From: an uncultured Gammaproteobacteria bacterium
Lineage (GTDB): Bacteria > Patescibacteriota > Microgenomatia > Levybacterales > UBA12049
Direction: 5' to 3'
DNA: 64,000 nucleotides
Assembly (NCBI GenBank): GCA_964637955.1
Contig: CAZWXQ010000002.1
Span: forward strand, 71,782 to 135,781
Part shown: positions 36,341 to 45,740 of the stretch, one piece after another
How positions within the stretch are numbered: the first letter of the stretch is position 1
Layout: every line of letters begins with the position of its first letter
The notes under the pieces: model-generated
Databases searched by the model: none
The model's input: only the letters and a program-made list of their open reading frames with translations
What the model was told of the DNA's origin: nothing
Made by a program: the position numbers and the translations under genes

Positions 36341-37468
36341 ATGGCAGCTAAGACTACGATACCTCCACAAATTCCAGAAAAACCATACGCACCTTTAACT
36401 AAATCGGAGAAGAGGAGAAAGATTATTTTTTTAGTTTCAGCACTTATTGTTATAAATCTTTTTGTTTGGGGTGCTTTTTATTTTACTTTTTATAAAGCCG
36501 ACCAAATGAATAAAATAGCAGCAGTTGTAGGAAATTCAAAAAATGTAAATGTTTCACCTACGCCTTTTCCATTTCAAGAGATGACTATTCCTGCACTTCG
36601 TGCACGTGAATATAAAAGTAATTTGGGAGAAAGAGAAGTTTATTCAAATGGCTCAAATTATACAAGCTATTTAACAAGTTATGATTCTGATGGTAATAAA
36701 ATTAATGGTCTTTTAACAATTCCAAATGGGGAGGCGCCAAAAGGAGGATGGCCAGCGATCGTATTTGTACATGGATATATACCTCCCTCTATATATACAA
36801 CTACGGGAAATTATGTCGATTATGTAGATTATCTTGCTCGAAATGGATATGTAGTCTTTAAAATTGACTTACGTGGACACGCAGGCAGTGAGGGAGAAGC
36901 AGGCGGTGGATATTACGGATCGGATTATATAGTAGATGCCTTAAATGCCCGAGCAGCGCTTGGTGCATCTGATTTTGTAAATAAAGATAAGATTGGCCTG
37001 TGGGGACATTCGATGGCTGGAAATGTGGTCACTCGTTCTTTGGCAGCTCGACCTGAAATTCCCGCAGTTGCTATCTGGGGCGGGGCAGTTTACACATATG
37101 CAGATATGCAAAAATATGGAATTGATGATAATTCTTACAGACCACCGGTTGATGCAAATAGAAATAGTAACAGAAGACAACAATTAAATAAAACTTACGG
37201 CGCATTTGATCCGAAAAGTGAATTTTGGAAGCAAGTTCCTTTTACAAATTACCTTGGTGATATAAAAGGAGCAATTTCCCTAAATCATGCTGTAGATGAT
37301 ACTGTAGTAAATATTGGTTATTCACGTGATTTGAATACTTTGCTTAATAAAACAAATATTCCTCACGAATTAAATGAATATCCAAGTGGTGGTCATAATA
37401 TAAATGGCGCTTCTTTTGTCCCAGCAATGCAAAAAACCGTTGATTTTTACGACAAATATCTTAAGTAA
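36341..37468 (+). CDS. Membrane-anchored alpha/beta hydrolase (S9 peptidase-like)
   Basis: VHGY, DLRGH, GHSMAG, D.VV, GGHN. Confidence 0.9.
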   Translation: MAAKTTIPPQIPEKPYAPLTKSEKRRKIIFLVSALIVINLFVWGAFYFTFYKADQMNKIAAVVGNSKNVNVSPTPFPFQEMTIPALRAREYKSNLGEREVYSNGSNYTSYLTSYDSDGNKINGLLTIPNGEAPKGGWPAIVFVHGYIPPSIYTTTGNYVDYVDYLARNGYVVFKIDLRGHAGSEGEAGGGYYGSDYIVDALNARAALGASDFVNKDKIGLWGHSMAGNVVTRSLAARPEIPAVAIWGGAVYTYADMQKYGIDDNSYRPPVDANRNSNRRQQLNKTYGAFDPKSEFWKQVPFTNYLGDIKGAISLNHAVDDTVVNIGYSRDLNTLLNKTNIPHELNEYPSGGHNINGASFVPAMQKTVDFYDKYLK

Positions 37469-37477
37469 TTGAAAGCG

Positions 37478-38791
37478 ATGGAGAGAAGAACAGGGAATAG
37501 TGTTCTAATCGTAGATGGTGGTGGAAGAGCAGCCGCACTGGCGCATGCATATTCAAGAAGTCCCCATGTCGATAGAATTTTGGTGGCTCCTGGGAATGAT
37601 TTTATTTACTCGTCTACGCTCGGAAAGCCTGTTGAGATTTTTCCAAACATTAAAACCACAGATGTTAAAAATATATCTAAATTAGCTCGTGAGAGAAGCG
37701 TTTCTTTGGTTGATGTTGCACAGGATAACGCAGTGGAAGTTGGACTAGTAAATAAGCTTCAATCTTTGGGAATTGACGTTGTAGGCCCTACAAAGGAAGC
37801 AGGACAGATCGAGTGGGATAAATCATGGGCGAGAAATTTTGGTGAAGAAATTGATCTTCCTCAGCCTGAATTTAAAACATTTAATTCTGCAAGGCAAGGA
37901 CTCGAGTATCTCGGAAATCAACCTGAAAGAAGATGGTTTGTGAAAGCTTCAGGGCTTGTTGGTGGAAAGGGGGCGTTTCCAGCCGAGAATAATATTGAGG
38001 CTAGAATAAGAATTGAAGAAGTTTTCAAAATTGACTCGGGTTGTGTATTAGAAGAGTGGCTTATGAATGATGATGGAACACCTGGTAGGGAATTTTCAGC
38101 ATTTATAGTTAGTGATGGGGAAAATTTTTTATCACTTGGAAATGGACGGGATCATAAAAGACTTTTAGATGGAGATCTTGGGCCAAATACTGGGGGAATG
38201 GGAGTTATTGCTCCAGTTGAAGATTTGTCCGCCAGTGTTTTAGAGCAAGCTGATTCAATTTTTCAAAAAACTATAAATGGATTAAAAGATATGAAAAGGC
38301 CTTATAAAGGAGTTTTATATCTTGGTGGAATGGTGGTAATTCAAAATGGTGTGGAAAAAGTTTATGTGATCGAGTTTAATGCTCGTCATGGTGATCCTGA
38401 GGCAGAAGCAATACTTCCAGGCATAACATCTGATTTTTATGAGCTTGGTAAAGCTGTGGCAAGTGATGATTTAGGGACGCTTCAGATAGTCAGGGACAGT
38501 TTGTATAGAGTTAGTGTTGCTGGTGTAGCGCGTGAATATCCAGGTGAAACGCTAGTTGAAAGGGAAATATTTGGGCTTGAAGATGCCAGGAAAATAGCTA
38601 AGCTTTATGGTGCAGGAATCAGAATAGTAGGGAATAGACATTACGCAAAAGGAGGAAGACTTTTTTATCTTGTCGGAGAAGGTATAGATTTAAAGTCAGC
38701 ATCACATCAAGCATACGAAGCAATGAGCAGGGTTTCTATCAATGATGACGGTCTTCATTTCAGGACTGACATCGGTTTTAAATCTGCCTAG
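37478..38791 (+). CDS. purD: Phosphoribosylamine-glycine ligase
   Basis: GGGRAAALA, APGN, KASGL..GKG, DHKRLLDGDLGPNTGGMG, EFNARHGDPE, GGR, FRTDIG. Confidence 0.93.
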   Translation: MERRTGNSVLIVDGGGRAAALAHAYSRSPHVDRILVAPGNDFIYSSTLGKPVEIFPNIKTTDVKNISKLARERSVSLVDVAQDNAVEVGLVNKLQSLGIDVVGPTKEAGQIEWDKSWARNFGEEIDLPQPEFKTFNSARQGLEYLGNQPERRWFVKASGLVGGKGAFPAENNIEARIRIEEVFKIDSGCVLEEWLMNDDGTPGREFSAFIVSDGENFLSLGNGRDHKRLLDGDLGPNTGGMGVIAPVEDLSASVLEQADSIFQKTINGLKDMKRPYKGVLYLGGMVVIQNGVEKVYVIEFNARHGDPEAEAILPGITSDFYELGKAVASDDLGTLQIVRDSLYRVSVAGVAREYPGETLVEREIFGLEDARKIAKLYGAGIRIVGNRHYAKGGRLFYLVGEGIDLKSASHQAYEAMSRVSINDDGLHFRTDIGFKSA

Positions 38792-38962
38792 GATTGAATG
38801 TATAAATTGCAGATTTTTGCATCTTGAATTATATCGTTTAGCCCGATAAGATAATATTCATCGAATTCTCAGTTTTATCTGATAATTTTGATTATCTAGC
38901 AAAAATATATGATAATAGAGGTTGTTAAATGCTCATTAATTTAAAAATTAATGATGCATATA

Positions 38963-39010
38963 ACTAACTCTAGAAACTCGCAAGCTCGTTAAGAGTTAGT
39001 AAGGGGGTGA
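38963..39010 (+). promoter_or_regulatory. Putative structured 5'UTR motif, copy 3, with GGGGGTGA RBS
   Basis: Perfect 9-bp ACTAACTCT/AGAGTTAGT stem enclosing ACTC-GCAAGC-TCGTTAAGAG, immediately followed by AAGGGGGTGA. Confidence 0.55.
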
Positions 39011-39014
39011 TTTA

Positions 39015-39548
39015 ATGGAAGAAAATAACACATCAGCAAGTTCAAGTAACGGCGGAAGTAAAAAGGGATTAATTATTGCAGTAGTTGCTGTAATAGTTAT
39101 TCTAGCTGTTGCAGCTGGAGGTTTTGCGTTTTTAAATAAAGATAAGCTAATGGAGGAAGCAAATGAAAGCGCTGCTGTTGAAAATGCTGAATCTCAAGTT
39201 CAAGCTCAAGTTACTCCTGAAGCTATGCAGCAAGCAAGTCCTTCAGCAAATGTATATAAAGATGGAACTTATGAGGCTACAGGAACCTATTCGTATCATT
39301 CTGGAACTGAATCTGTAAAGGTATCGGTTACTTTGAAAGATAATATGGTTGAAGAAGTTGATGTAACCACATTGGCAAAAAATCCTACATCAAAACAGAT
39401 GCAGGCAGATTTTGCTGCTAACTATAAAACTATGGTAGTGGGCAAAAACATTAACGAAGTTAAGCTTGGAAAAGTTTCAGGTTCAAGTCTTACTCCAATT
39501 GGATTTAATGCAGCAATTGAAGACATAAAGTCTCAAGCAAAATCTTAA
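39015..39548 (+). CDS. Membrane-anchored FMN-binding (flavinylated) protein
   Basis: TM helix, YKDGTY, VSGSSLT flavinylation-type motif. Confidence 0.85.
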   Translation: MEENNTSASSSNGGSKKGLIIAVVAVIVILAVAAGGFAFLNKDKLMEEANESAAVENAESQVQAQVTPEAMQQASPSANVYKDGTYEATGTYSYHSGTESVKVSVTLKDNMVEEVDVTTLAKNPTSKQMQADFAANYKTMVVGKNINEVKLGKVSGSSLTPIGFNAAIEDIKSQAKS

Positions 39549-40417
39549 TGAACAATTTTCAGATCAGTTTTGAAGCAATTGGAACCCATTGGGTAATCGA
39601 TTGCTTCAATTCTGTTAATGACAAAAAAATTATCGAAAAAATAATTTATGAAAGAATTGAAGATTTTGATAGAACATACTCAAGATTCCGTCATGATTCT
39701 ATAGTCTGGCAAATGTCAGAAAATGCGGGAGAATACACTCTTCCTTCTGACTCAAAAAGATTTATGGACTACTACGAATCTTTTGAGCGCGCAACAAATG
39801 GTAAATTTACTCTTCTGATTGGAAACACATTAACTGAAGCCGGATATGATTCTTCTTATGGTTTAAAGCCTGGAAAAATTAATAAAGTACCACAGTCGTC
39901 ATCTATTTATGTTTGGGATTATCCAATTCTTACTATAAAAAAACCTTATATTTTGGATTTTGGAGGACTAGGGAAAGGATATCTGATTGAAATTATTGCG
40001 GATCTATTAATTCAAAACCAAATTCAATCTTTTTGTATCGACGCAGGAGGAGACATATTTTGTAAAAATTTGGCAATACCAATTCGTGTGGGCTTAGAAA
40101 ATCCACGTGATTTTAATCAGGTGATTGGAGTAGTGGAATTGAATAACAAAAGTATATGTGCTTCATCGGGTAGTAGGAGAAGGTGGGATAAATATCATCA
40201 TATAATGGATCCTGTAACTTTAGATTCACCGGAAAATATATTGGCATCATGGGTGATTGCCGACGAGCCAATATTGGCTGATGGACTTTCAACATCTTTA
40301 TTTTTTACATCGGCCGAAAAATTATTAAAATATTTTAATTTTGAATATCTTATTCTTTATCCTGATTTTTCTATGCACAAATCACAGAATTTTTCCTCAG
40401 AATTGTTTACAAATTAA
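39548..40417 (+). CDS. apbE: FAD:protein FMN transferase
   Basis: AIGT, YSRFR.DS, DFGGLGKGY, DAGGD, ASS..R, HHIMDP, ADGLST. Confidence 0.92.
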   Translation: MNNFQISFEAIGTHWVIDCFNSVNDKKIIEKIIYERIEDFDRTYSRFRHDSIVWQMSENAGEYTLPSDSKRFMDYYESFERATNGKFTLLIGNTLTEAGYDSSYGLKPGKINKVPQSSSIYVWDYPILTIKKPYILDFGGLGKGYLIEIIADLLIQNQIQSFCIDAGGDIFCKNLAIPIRVGLENPRDFNQVIGVVELNNKSICASSGSRRRWDKYHHIMDPVTLDSPENILASWVIADEPILADGLSTSLFFTSAEKLLKYFNFEYLILYPDFSMHKSQNFSSELFTN

Positions 40418-40471
40418 TTAGCTTAAGATAATTTTCAGTCTATTTTAAGAATGGACCTCTATTATAAGTTT

Positions 40472-40972
40472 ATGAAGAAATATTTACAGATCAGTGTAGT
40501 AGGAATTATTTTCGTTGGACTTTTACTCATAAGAAATTTTTCAGGTGGCGATGAAGATGAAATAAATGTTGGAGAAGCAAGCTCACAAGTGATAAATTCT
40601 ACCCAAGTAACTAAAACTCAGAATTCATCATCAAATCAAAATAATTCTTCAACTTTTGCTGCAAATACTCCGGCAGATACAACCGGAAAATATAAAGATG
40701 GAACATATTTAGGAACTGTAGAGGATGCGTATTATGGGAATGTTCAAGTAAAAGTAGTGATAAGTGATGGAAAAATAGTTGATGCCACTTTAGCTCAGTA
40801 CCCAAATGATAATCACACCTCAATTAGAATAAACAGTTTAGCGGAAGGATACTTGAAAGCAGAGGCAATTGATGCTCAAAGTGCAAATATAAATAATATT
40901 TCAGGGGCTTCGCTCACCAGCGCAGCATTTAAAACTTCACTTGCTTCAGCGTTATCTCAGGCGCAAAATTAA
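40472..40972 (+). CDS. Second membrane-anchored FMN-binding protein
   Basis: YKDGTY.G, YGNVQV, ISGASLTS; alternative start at 40451. Confidence 0.88.
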   Translation: MKKYLQISVVGIIFVGLLLIRNFSGGDEDEINVGEASSQVINSTQVTKTQNSSSNQNNSSTFAANTPADTTGKYKDGTYLGTVEDAYYGNVQVKVVISDGKIVDATLAQYPNDNHTSIRINSLAEGYLKAEAIDAQSANINNISGASLTSAAFKTSLASALSQAQN

Positions 40973-42499
40973 ATGAAAATACCTATAGTTGATGATGTTT
41001 TAAATAAAATTACAATGTATAGGATTACATTGTATTACCTTATTTTTTTGACAATAGTTGCCGGAATTTTAGGATTTTTTAACCTTATTAATGTAAATCC
41101 ATTAACCCTAATTATTACAGGAATTTATATTTTAACTTTGTGTTATCTGTCAAATTATATTTTTGCTTATTTTTTTAAAGCAAGCAGAAATATAGAGTCT
41201 GTATTTATAACCGCATTAATTTTACTTTTAATAATTCCAACAAATTTTCCAAACAATTTAATTTTTATTTCTCTCGCTTCAATTGTTTCGATTGGAATAA
41301 AGTATTTGCCAACAATAGATAAAAGGCATATTTTTAACCCTGCGGCCGGAGCTCTTGCTGCCATAACTCTTCTTATACCTGAATATGCTGCTACTTGGTG
41401 GGTAGGGACGCCTATGCTTCTTCCATTTGTTTTTCTGGGAGGACTTTTGGTCGTTAGGAAAGTTAGAAGGGAAGAGATGGTTGGACTGTTTGTAATTACC
41501 TATCTAATTCTTATTTCAATTACATCAATTTTTCATAATTTAAGTTTTACATATTTGATAAATAGTCTGCGAATGAGTGTTTTTGATACAGCATTATTCT
41601 TTTTTGCTTTTGTAATGTTTACAGAGCCAATTACATCTCCACCAACTAAAAAACTTCAAGGATACTTTGCGCTATTAACCGCATTTCTATATGCAACGCC
41701 TCAATTAAAGTTTTTTGGATTTGTTTTAACCCCAGAAGAAGCTTTAAGTATTTCAAATATTTTTAGTTACATTGTCAGTCCAAAATACAGACTTACTTTA
41801 AAACTTAAAGAAAAAATTGCAGTTGCCCAGAATACATTGGTTTTTAATTTTGGAAAAGTGAATAATTTTAATTTTACTCCGGGACAGTATATGGAGTGGA
41901 CGCTACCACATCCAAATGCTGATAACAGAGGAAATAGAAGATATTTTAGTTTATCATCAAGTCCTGCTGAGGATGTGCAAATTGCCGTAAGGTTTCACGA
42001 AAAAAGGAGTAGTTATAAAAAAGCAATGCTAGCAATGCAGTCAGGGTCTGTAATAACTGCAAATGCACTCGCCGGAGATTTTACTGTTCCAATTTCTAAA
42101 TTAAATAATACTGTATTTATTGCTGGAGGCATTGGGATTGCTCCATTTAGAAGTATTATTCAGGATTTAGTTGACAAAAACATAAAAGTGGATTTGTATT
42201 TATTCTATTCAAATAGAAGCTGGAACGAGGTTGCGTTTTTAGAATTATTTCAAAAAGCATTTAATAATGGCGTTAAAACTGTGTATACACTTACCGATAA
42301 AAATAACTTACCTGAGAATTGGCAAGGAGAAGTGGGACATTTTACCCCCGAGTTCATCAAAAAGTATATTAGTGATTGGAAGAGTAAGACTTTTTATATT
42401 TCAGGTCCCCAAAATATGGTTTCTTCAACGCAAGAAATGTTACTTAAGGCTGGAATTAAAAGAAAAAATATAATGACTGATTTTTTCCCCGGATTCTAG
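40973..42499 (+). CDS. NqrB/RnfD-like membrane domain fused to FNR-type FAD/NAD(P)H oxidoreductase (copy 1)
   Basis: HIFNPAA, MFTEPITSP, PGQY, RRYFSLSS, IAGGIGIAPF, YISGP. Confidence 0.88.
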   Translation: MKIPIVDDVLNKITMYRITLYYLIFLTIVAGILGFFNLINVNPLTLIITGIYILTLCYLSNYIFAYFFKASRNIESVFITALILLLIIPTNFPNNLIFISLASIVSIGIKYLPTIDKRHIFNPAAGALAAITLLIPEYAATWWVGTPMLLPFVFLGGLLVVRKVRREEMVGLFVITYLILISITSIFHNLSFTYLINSLRMSVFDTALFFFAFVMFTEPITSPPTKKLQGYFALLTAFLYATPQLKFFGFVLTPEEALSISNIFSYIVSPKYRLTLKLKEKIAVAQNTLVFNFGKVNNFNFTPGQYMEWTLPHPNADNRGNRRYFSLSSSPAEDVQIAVRFHEKRSSYKKAMLAMQSGSVITANALAGDFTVPISKLNNTVFIAGGIGIAPFRSIIQDLVDKNIKVDLYLFYSNRSWNEVAFLELFQKAFNNGVKTVYTLTDKNNLPENWQGEVGHFTPEFIKKYISDWKSKTFYISGPQNMVSSTQEMLLKAGIKRKNIMTDFFPGF

Positions 42500-42536
42500 A
42501 ATAGCAAGAAAGAAAAAAAATTAGTAAAATAAAATC

Positions 42537-44036
42537 ATGAAATATTTTGACATATTCCTGAATAAATTTTCAATGTATAAGGTAGTTTTGTTTAGCTTGT
42601 CTGCTATATTTTTAGTTTCTCTGATTTATTCGTTTATGGGTGTAATTTTTTATAAACCCCTAAACATTATTTCAAGTTTGGCAATACTTACTGCTGTTTG
42701 TTTTTTAGCAAATTACATAATTAGTACTATTTTAAAAATTCCATATAATTTTGAATCTCCATTTATTACGGCTTTAATAATGACTTTTGTAATGGTGCCA
42801 ATTTCTAAAATCTCAGATTTATATATTTATGTTCTCGCAGGTGCATTGGCTATGTTAAGTAAATATATTTTAGCTTTAAATAAAAAGCATATTTTTAATC
42901 CTGCAGCTTTTGGATTGGTGGTAATCGGTTTAGCTGGTTTTCCTCAGATCAATTGGTGGGTGGGGAATTCGCATTTATTTCCATTCGTTTTGGTATTTGG
43001 ATTATTAGTGGTTAGAAAATTAAGGAAATTTTCAATGTTTTCCACTTATTTTATTTTCTCCTTAATGTCAATTTCTTTTTTCGCTGTTCAAAATCAGAGA
43101 GATTTATTTACTACACTAATAGAAGCTATTACTTCATATCCGCTGTTATTTTTGGGGGCATTTATGCTTATTGAGCCGTTAACAACTCCACCAAGAAAAA
43201 AAGAGCAGTTAATTTATGGTGGAATTGTGGGAGTTTTATCAGGCGCTCAATATCATATTGGTCCTATTTATTCTACGCCTGAATTCGGACTTCTTATAGG
43301 AAATGTTTATTCTTTCATAGTAAGTTTTCGAAGAAGACTTGCTTTGACTTTTGACCACAAGAAAGAATTAGCTCCTGGAATTTTTGAGTTTTCATTTCTA
43401 AAGAATTCAAATTTTGATTTTCATCCGGGAGAATATCTGGAGTGGACTTTGGGAAATGTTAAATACGACTTTAGAGGACAGAGAAGATTTTTTTCTATTG
43501 CTTCAGCTCCAACTGAAAACGATATAAAAATAGGTATTAAAACTTTTGAAAAAGGCAGTAATTTTAAAAATAAATTATTAGCACTTAAAAGAGGAGATAA
43601 GATTTATGCAAGTAATTTAATGGGCGATTTTCTTCTATCTAAAAAACATGGGAAATATGTCTTTATTGCGGGAGGAATAGGGATTACACCATTTAGAAGT
43701 ATGATAAAAAATGCACTTGATAAAAATGAAAAAATTGACGCCGTCTTATTTTATTCGTGCTCGGAAGAGAGCGATTTCATTTATCGAGATGTTTTTGAAT
43801 CTGCAAGTAAAATTGGATTAAAAACTATTTATATTTGTTCACATCCATCAGAGCAATTCAAAGGAGTAAGGGAAAGAATTAATTCAGAAATTTTAATAAA
43901 AGAAGTACCTGATTATAAATCGCGAACATTTTATCTTTCTGGACCAAATGTAATGGTTAATGGATATAAAAAACTATTAAAAGGATTGGGAATAAGGTTT
44001 GATAAGATTATTACTGACTATTTCTCCGGATATTAA
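42537..44036 (+). CDS. NqrB/RnfD-like + FNR fusion (copy 2)
   Basis: HIFNPAA, MLIEPLTTP, RRFFSIAS, IAGGIGITPF, YLSGP, DYFSGY. Confidence 0.88.
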   Translation: MKYFDIFLNKFSMYKVVLFSLSAIFLVSLIYSFMGVIFYKPLNIISSLAILTAVCFLANYIISTILKIPYNFESPFITALIMTFVMVPISKISDLYIYVLAGALAMLSKYILALNKKHIFNPAAFGLVVIGLAGFPQINWWVGNSHLFPFVLVFGLLVVRKLRKFSMFSTYFIFSLMSISFFAVQNQRDLFTTLIEAITSYPLLFLGAFMLIEPLTTPPRKKEQLIYGGIVGVLSGAQYHIGPIYSTPEFGLLIGNVYSFIVSFRRRLALTFDHKKELAPGIFEFSFLKNSNFDFHPGEYLEWTLGNVKYDFRGQRRFFSIASAPTENDIKIGIKTFEKGSNFKNKLLALKRGDKIYASNLMGDFLLSKKHGKYVFIAGGIGITPFRSMIKNALDKNEKIDAVLFYSCSEESDFIYRDVFESASKIGLKTIYICSHPSEQFKGVRERINSEILIKEVPDYKSRTFYLSGPNVMVNGYKKLLKGLGIRFDKIITDYFSGY

Positions 44037-44106
44037 ATTGTGACTCTGCTATGTATAGAAGCCAATTAATTTGTTATAATTTGCCTCAGACTGTAATTAA
44101 TTATAA

Positions 44107-45102
44107 ATGTTTGAGAAATTATCTAAAATTGATTTTCAATGGAATCACGCGATAAAAGCTGCGGTTTGCATGTTTCCGATGCTTGTTGCATACATAACTG
44201 GTCATGATTCTCTTTTGGTCCCTTTTGGTCAAGGAGGATTTTTTTATAGCACTTTACCTCTTCCTGAAAAAAAATTGGAAAGAATAATGTATATGTTTTT
44301 GATGGTAGGGGTAGGACTTGGTTTTTATATACTCGGAGGAACTGCGGCGCAAAGCCCAATGCTTTCTATTTTTATTACATTTGTAGTAATGGTAACAATA
44401 GCGTTAATCAGCGGAGGAAAAATGTTAGCTCCAATATCTTTTTCATTAGTTTCAGTATATACAGCTGGTCTTAATGTAAGTGATCCAGCGAAATTATCAG
44501 CTAATTTTGAAGGATTTGCATTTATTTTTATACTTTGTGGTTTTATTTCACTTTTTTCATTTTGGAAGCCATCAGATCTTACAAAATATAGAATTTTTAA
44601 ACCTGCTGAAAATTTAGTCGCAGGAGTAAAGCTGGGTATTGGAACTTCAATTGCTCTTGCGCTCGGAAATTATTTTGATTTTGCAAAACTTGGTTGGCCA
44701 GTAAGTGCTGTTGGAACTATTGTTAGGTTTAATGAGGTGGAAAGTAAAAAAAGAGCTGTTAGTAGAGTTATTGGAACCGTAGGGGGTTCTGTTATGGCAA
44801 TTATTTTATTTTTAGTATTTTCTGTTCCTACTGTATTTATGATATTGGCTTATGTTTTCGGAATTCTGCATTCCTTAATGAGTAAAACCTTGCTTGGGAA
44901 AACTGTATTTTTTTACACAGTTACAATTCTCATTCTCTATTCAATGAATGATTTATCTACGGGTCCTTTAATAGCAGCCCAAAGGATTTTTTATAATTTA
45001 ATAGGAGTTCTTATTGCAGTATTTGTAGTTTTCTATCCGTTCCCAAAGCTTATGAAGAGACTTGAGAAAACAATTTCCGATTACGAAAGCTCGCTGCATT
45101 AA
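44107..45102 (+). CDS. FUSC-family inner membrane protein
   Basis: Many TM helices; W..., RAVSRVIGTVGG, QRIFYNLIG. Confidence 0.75.
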   Translation: MFEKLSKIDFQWNHAIKAAVCMFPMLVAYITGHDSLLVPFGQGGFFYSTLPLPEKKLERIMYMFLMVGVGLGFYILGGTAAQSPMLSIFITFVVMVTIALISGGKMLAPISFSLVSVYTAGLNVSDPAKLSANFEGFAFIFILCGFISLFSFWKPSDLTKYRIFKPAENLVAGVKLGIGTSIALALGNYFDFAKLGWPVSAVGTIVRFNEVESKKRAVSRVIGTVGGSVMAIILFLVFSVPTVFMILAYVFGILHSLMSKTLLGKTVFFYTVTILILYSMNDLSTGPLIAAQRIFYNLIGVLIAVFVVFYPFPKLMKRLEKTISDYESSLH

Positions 45103-45157
45103 TAGTTAAAATTTGATCATTGTTTTTGAAATTTTAATATATTAAAATCAAAAAGCT

Positions 45158-45703
45158 ATGCCAGAAAAAAAAGAAAAATCAACAAAAGAAGTAAGTGATC
45201 CAAAAAACAAACAAAAAAATCTACTTGTTCTTTTCGCAGTAGCAGTTTTAATCGGAGCAGGAGCATATTATTTTATAAATCAAAAAAATATAAACACTTC
45301 AACGCCACCTGATGTGAATAAAGTCACAATGGCTCCAGATAATTCAAATTCAGGTTCAAATAATTCATCAGAATTAACATCTAAGAAATGGACATGGGTA
45401 AATACAAAAATGTCCGATGGAGCGGTAACTTCTCCAAGTAAAGATGGAGCTTTTACTGCCACTTTTCAGGATGATGGTAGATTAGTTGCTACAACAGATT
45501 GTAATAATGGAAACGGATCTTATGAAGTTGGAGCAGATAACACGCTTACAATTGGACCTATGGCCACTACAATGATGTTTTGCGAGGGTTCAAGTCAAGA
45601 CGCTTATTTTCAGCAATTGGGAAATGTAGGAAGTTATAAGGTAAATAATGGTCAGCTTTGGTTGATGATTAAATTTGATAGTGGAACAATGATCTTCGAG
45701 TAA
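45158..45703 (+). CDS. META (HslJ-like) domain protein
   Basis: TDCNNGNGSY, GPMATTMMFC; TM anchor. Confidence 0.85.
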   Translation: MPEKKEKSTKEVSDPKNKQKNLLVLFAVAVLIGAGAYYFINQKNINTSTPPDVNKVTMAPDNSNSGSNNSSELTSKKWTWVNTKMSDGAVTSPSKDGAFTATFQDDGRLVATTDCNNGNGSYEVGADNTLTIGPMATTMMFCEGSSQDAYFQQLGNVGSYKVNNGQLWLMIKFDSGTMIFE

Positions 45704-45740
45704 TCTTCTTTTTATTCAATTCCTGTTATACTGTTTTAGT

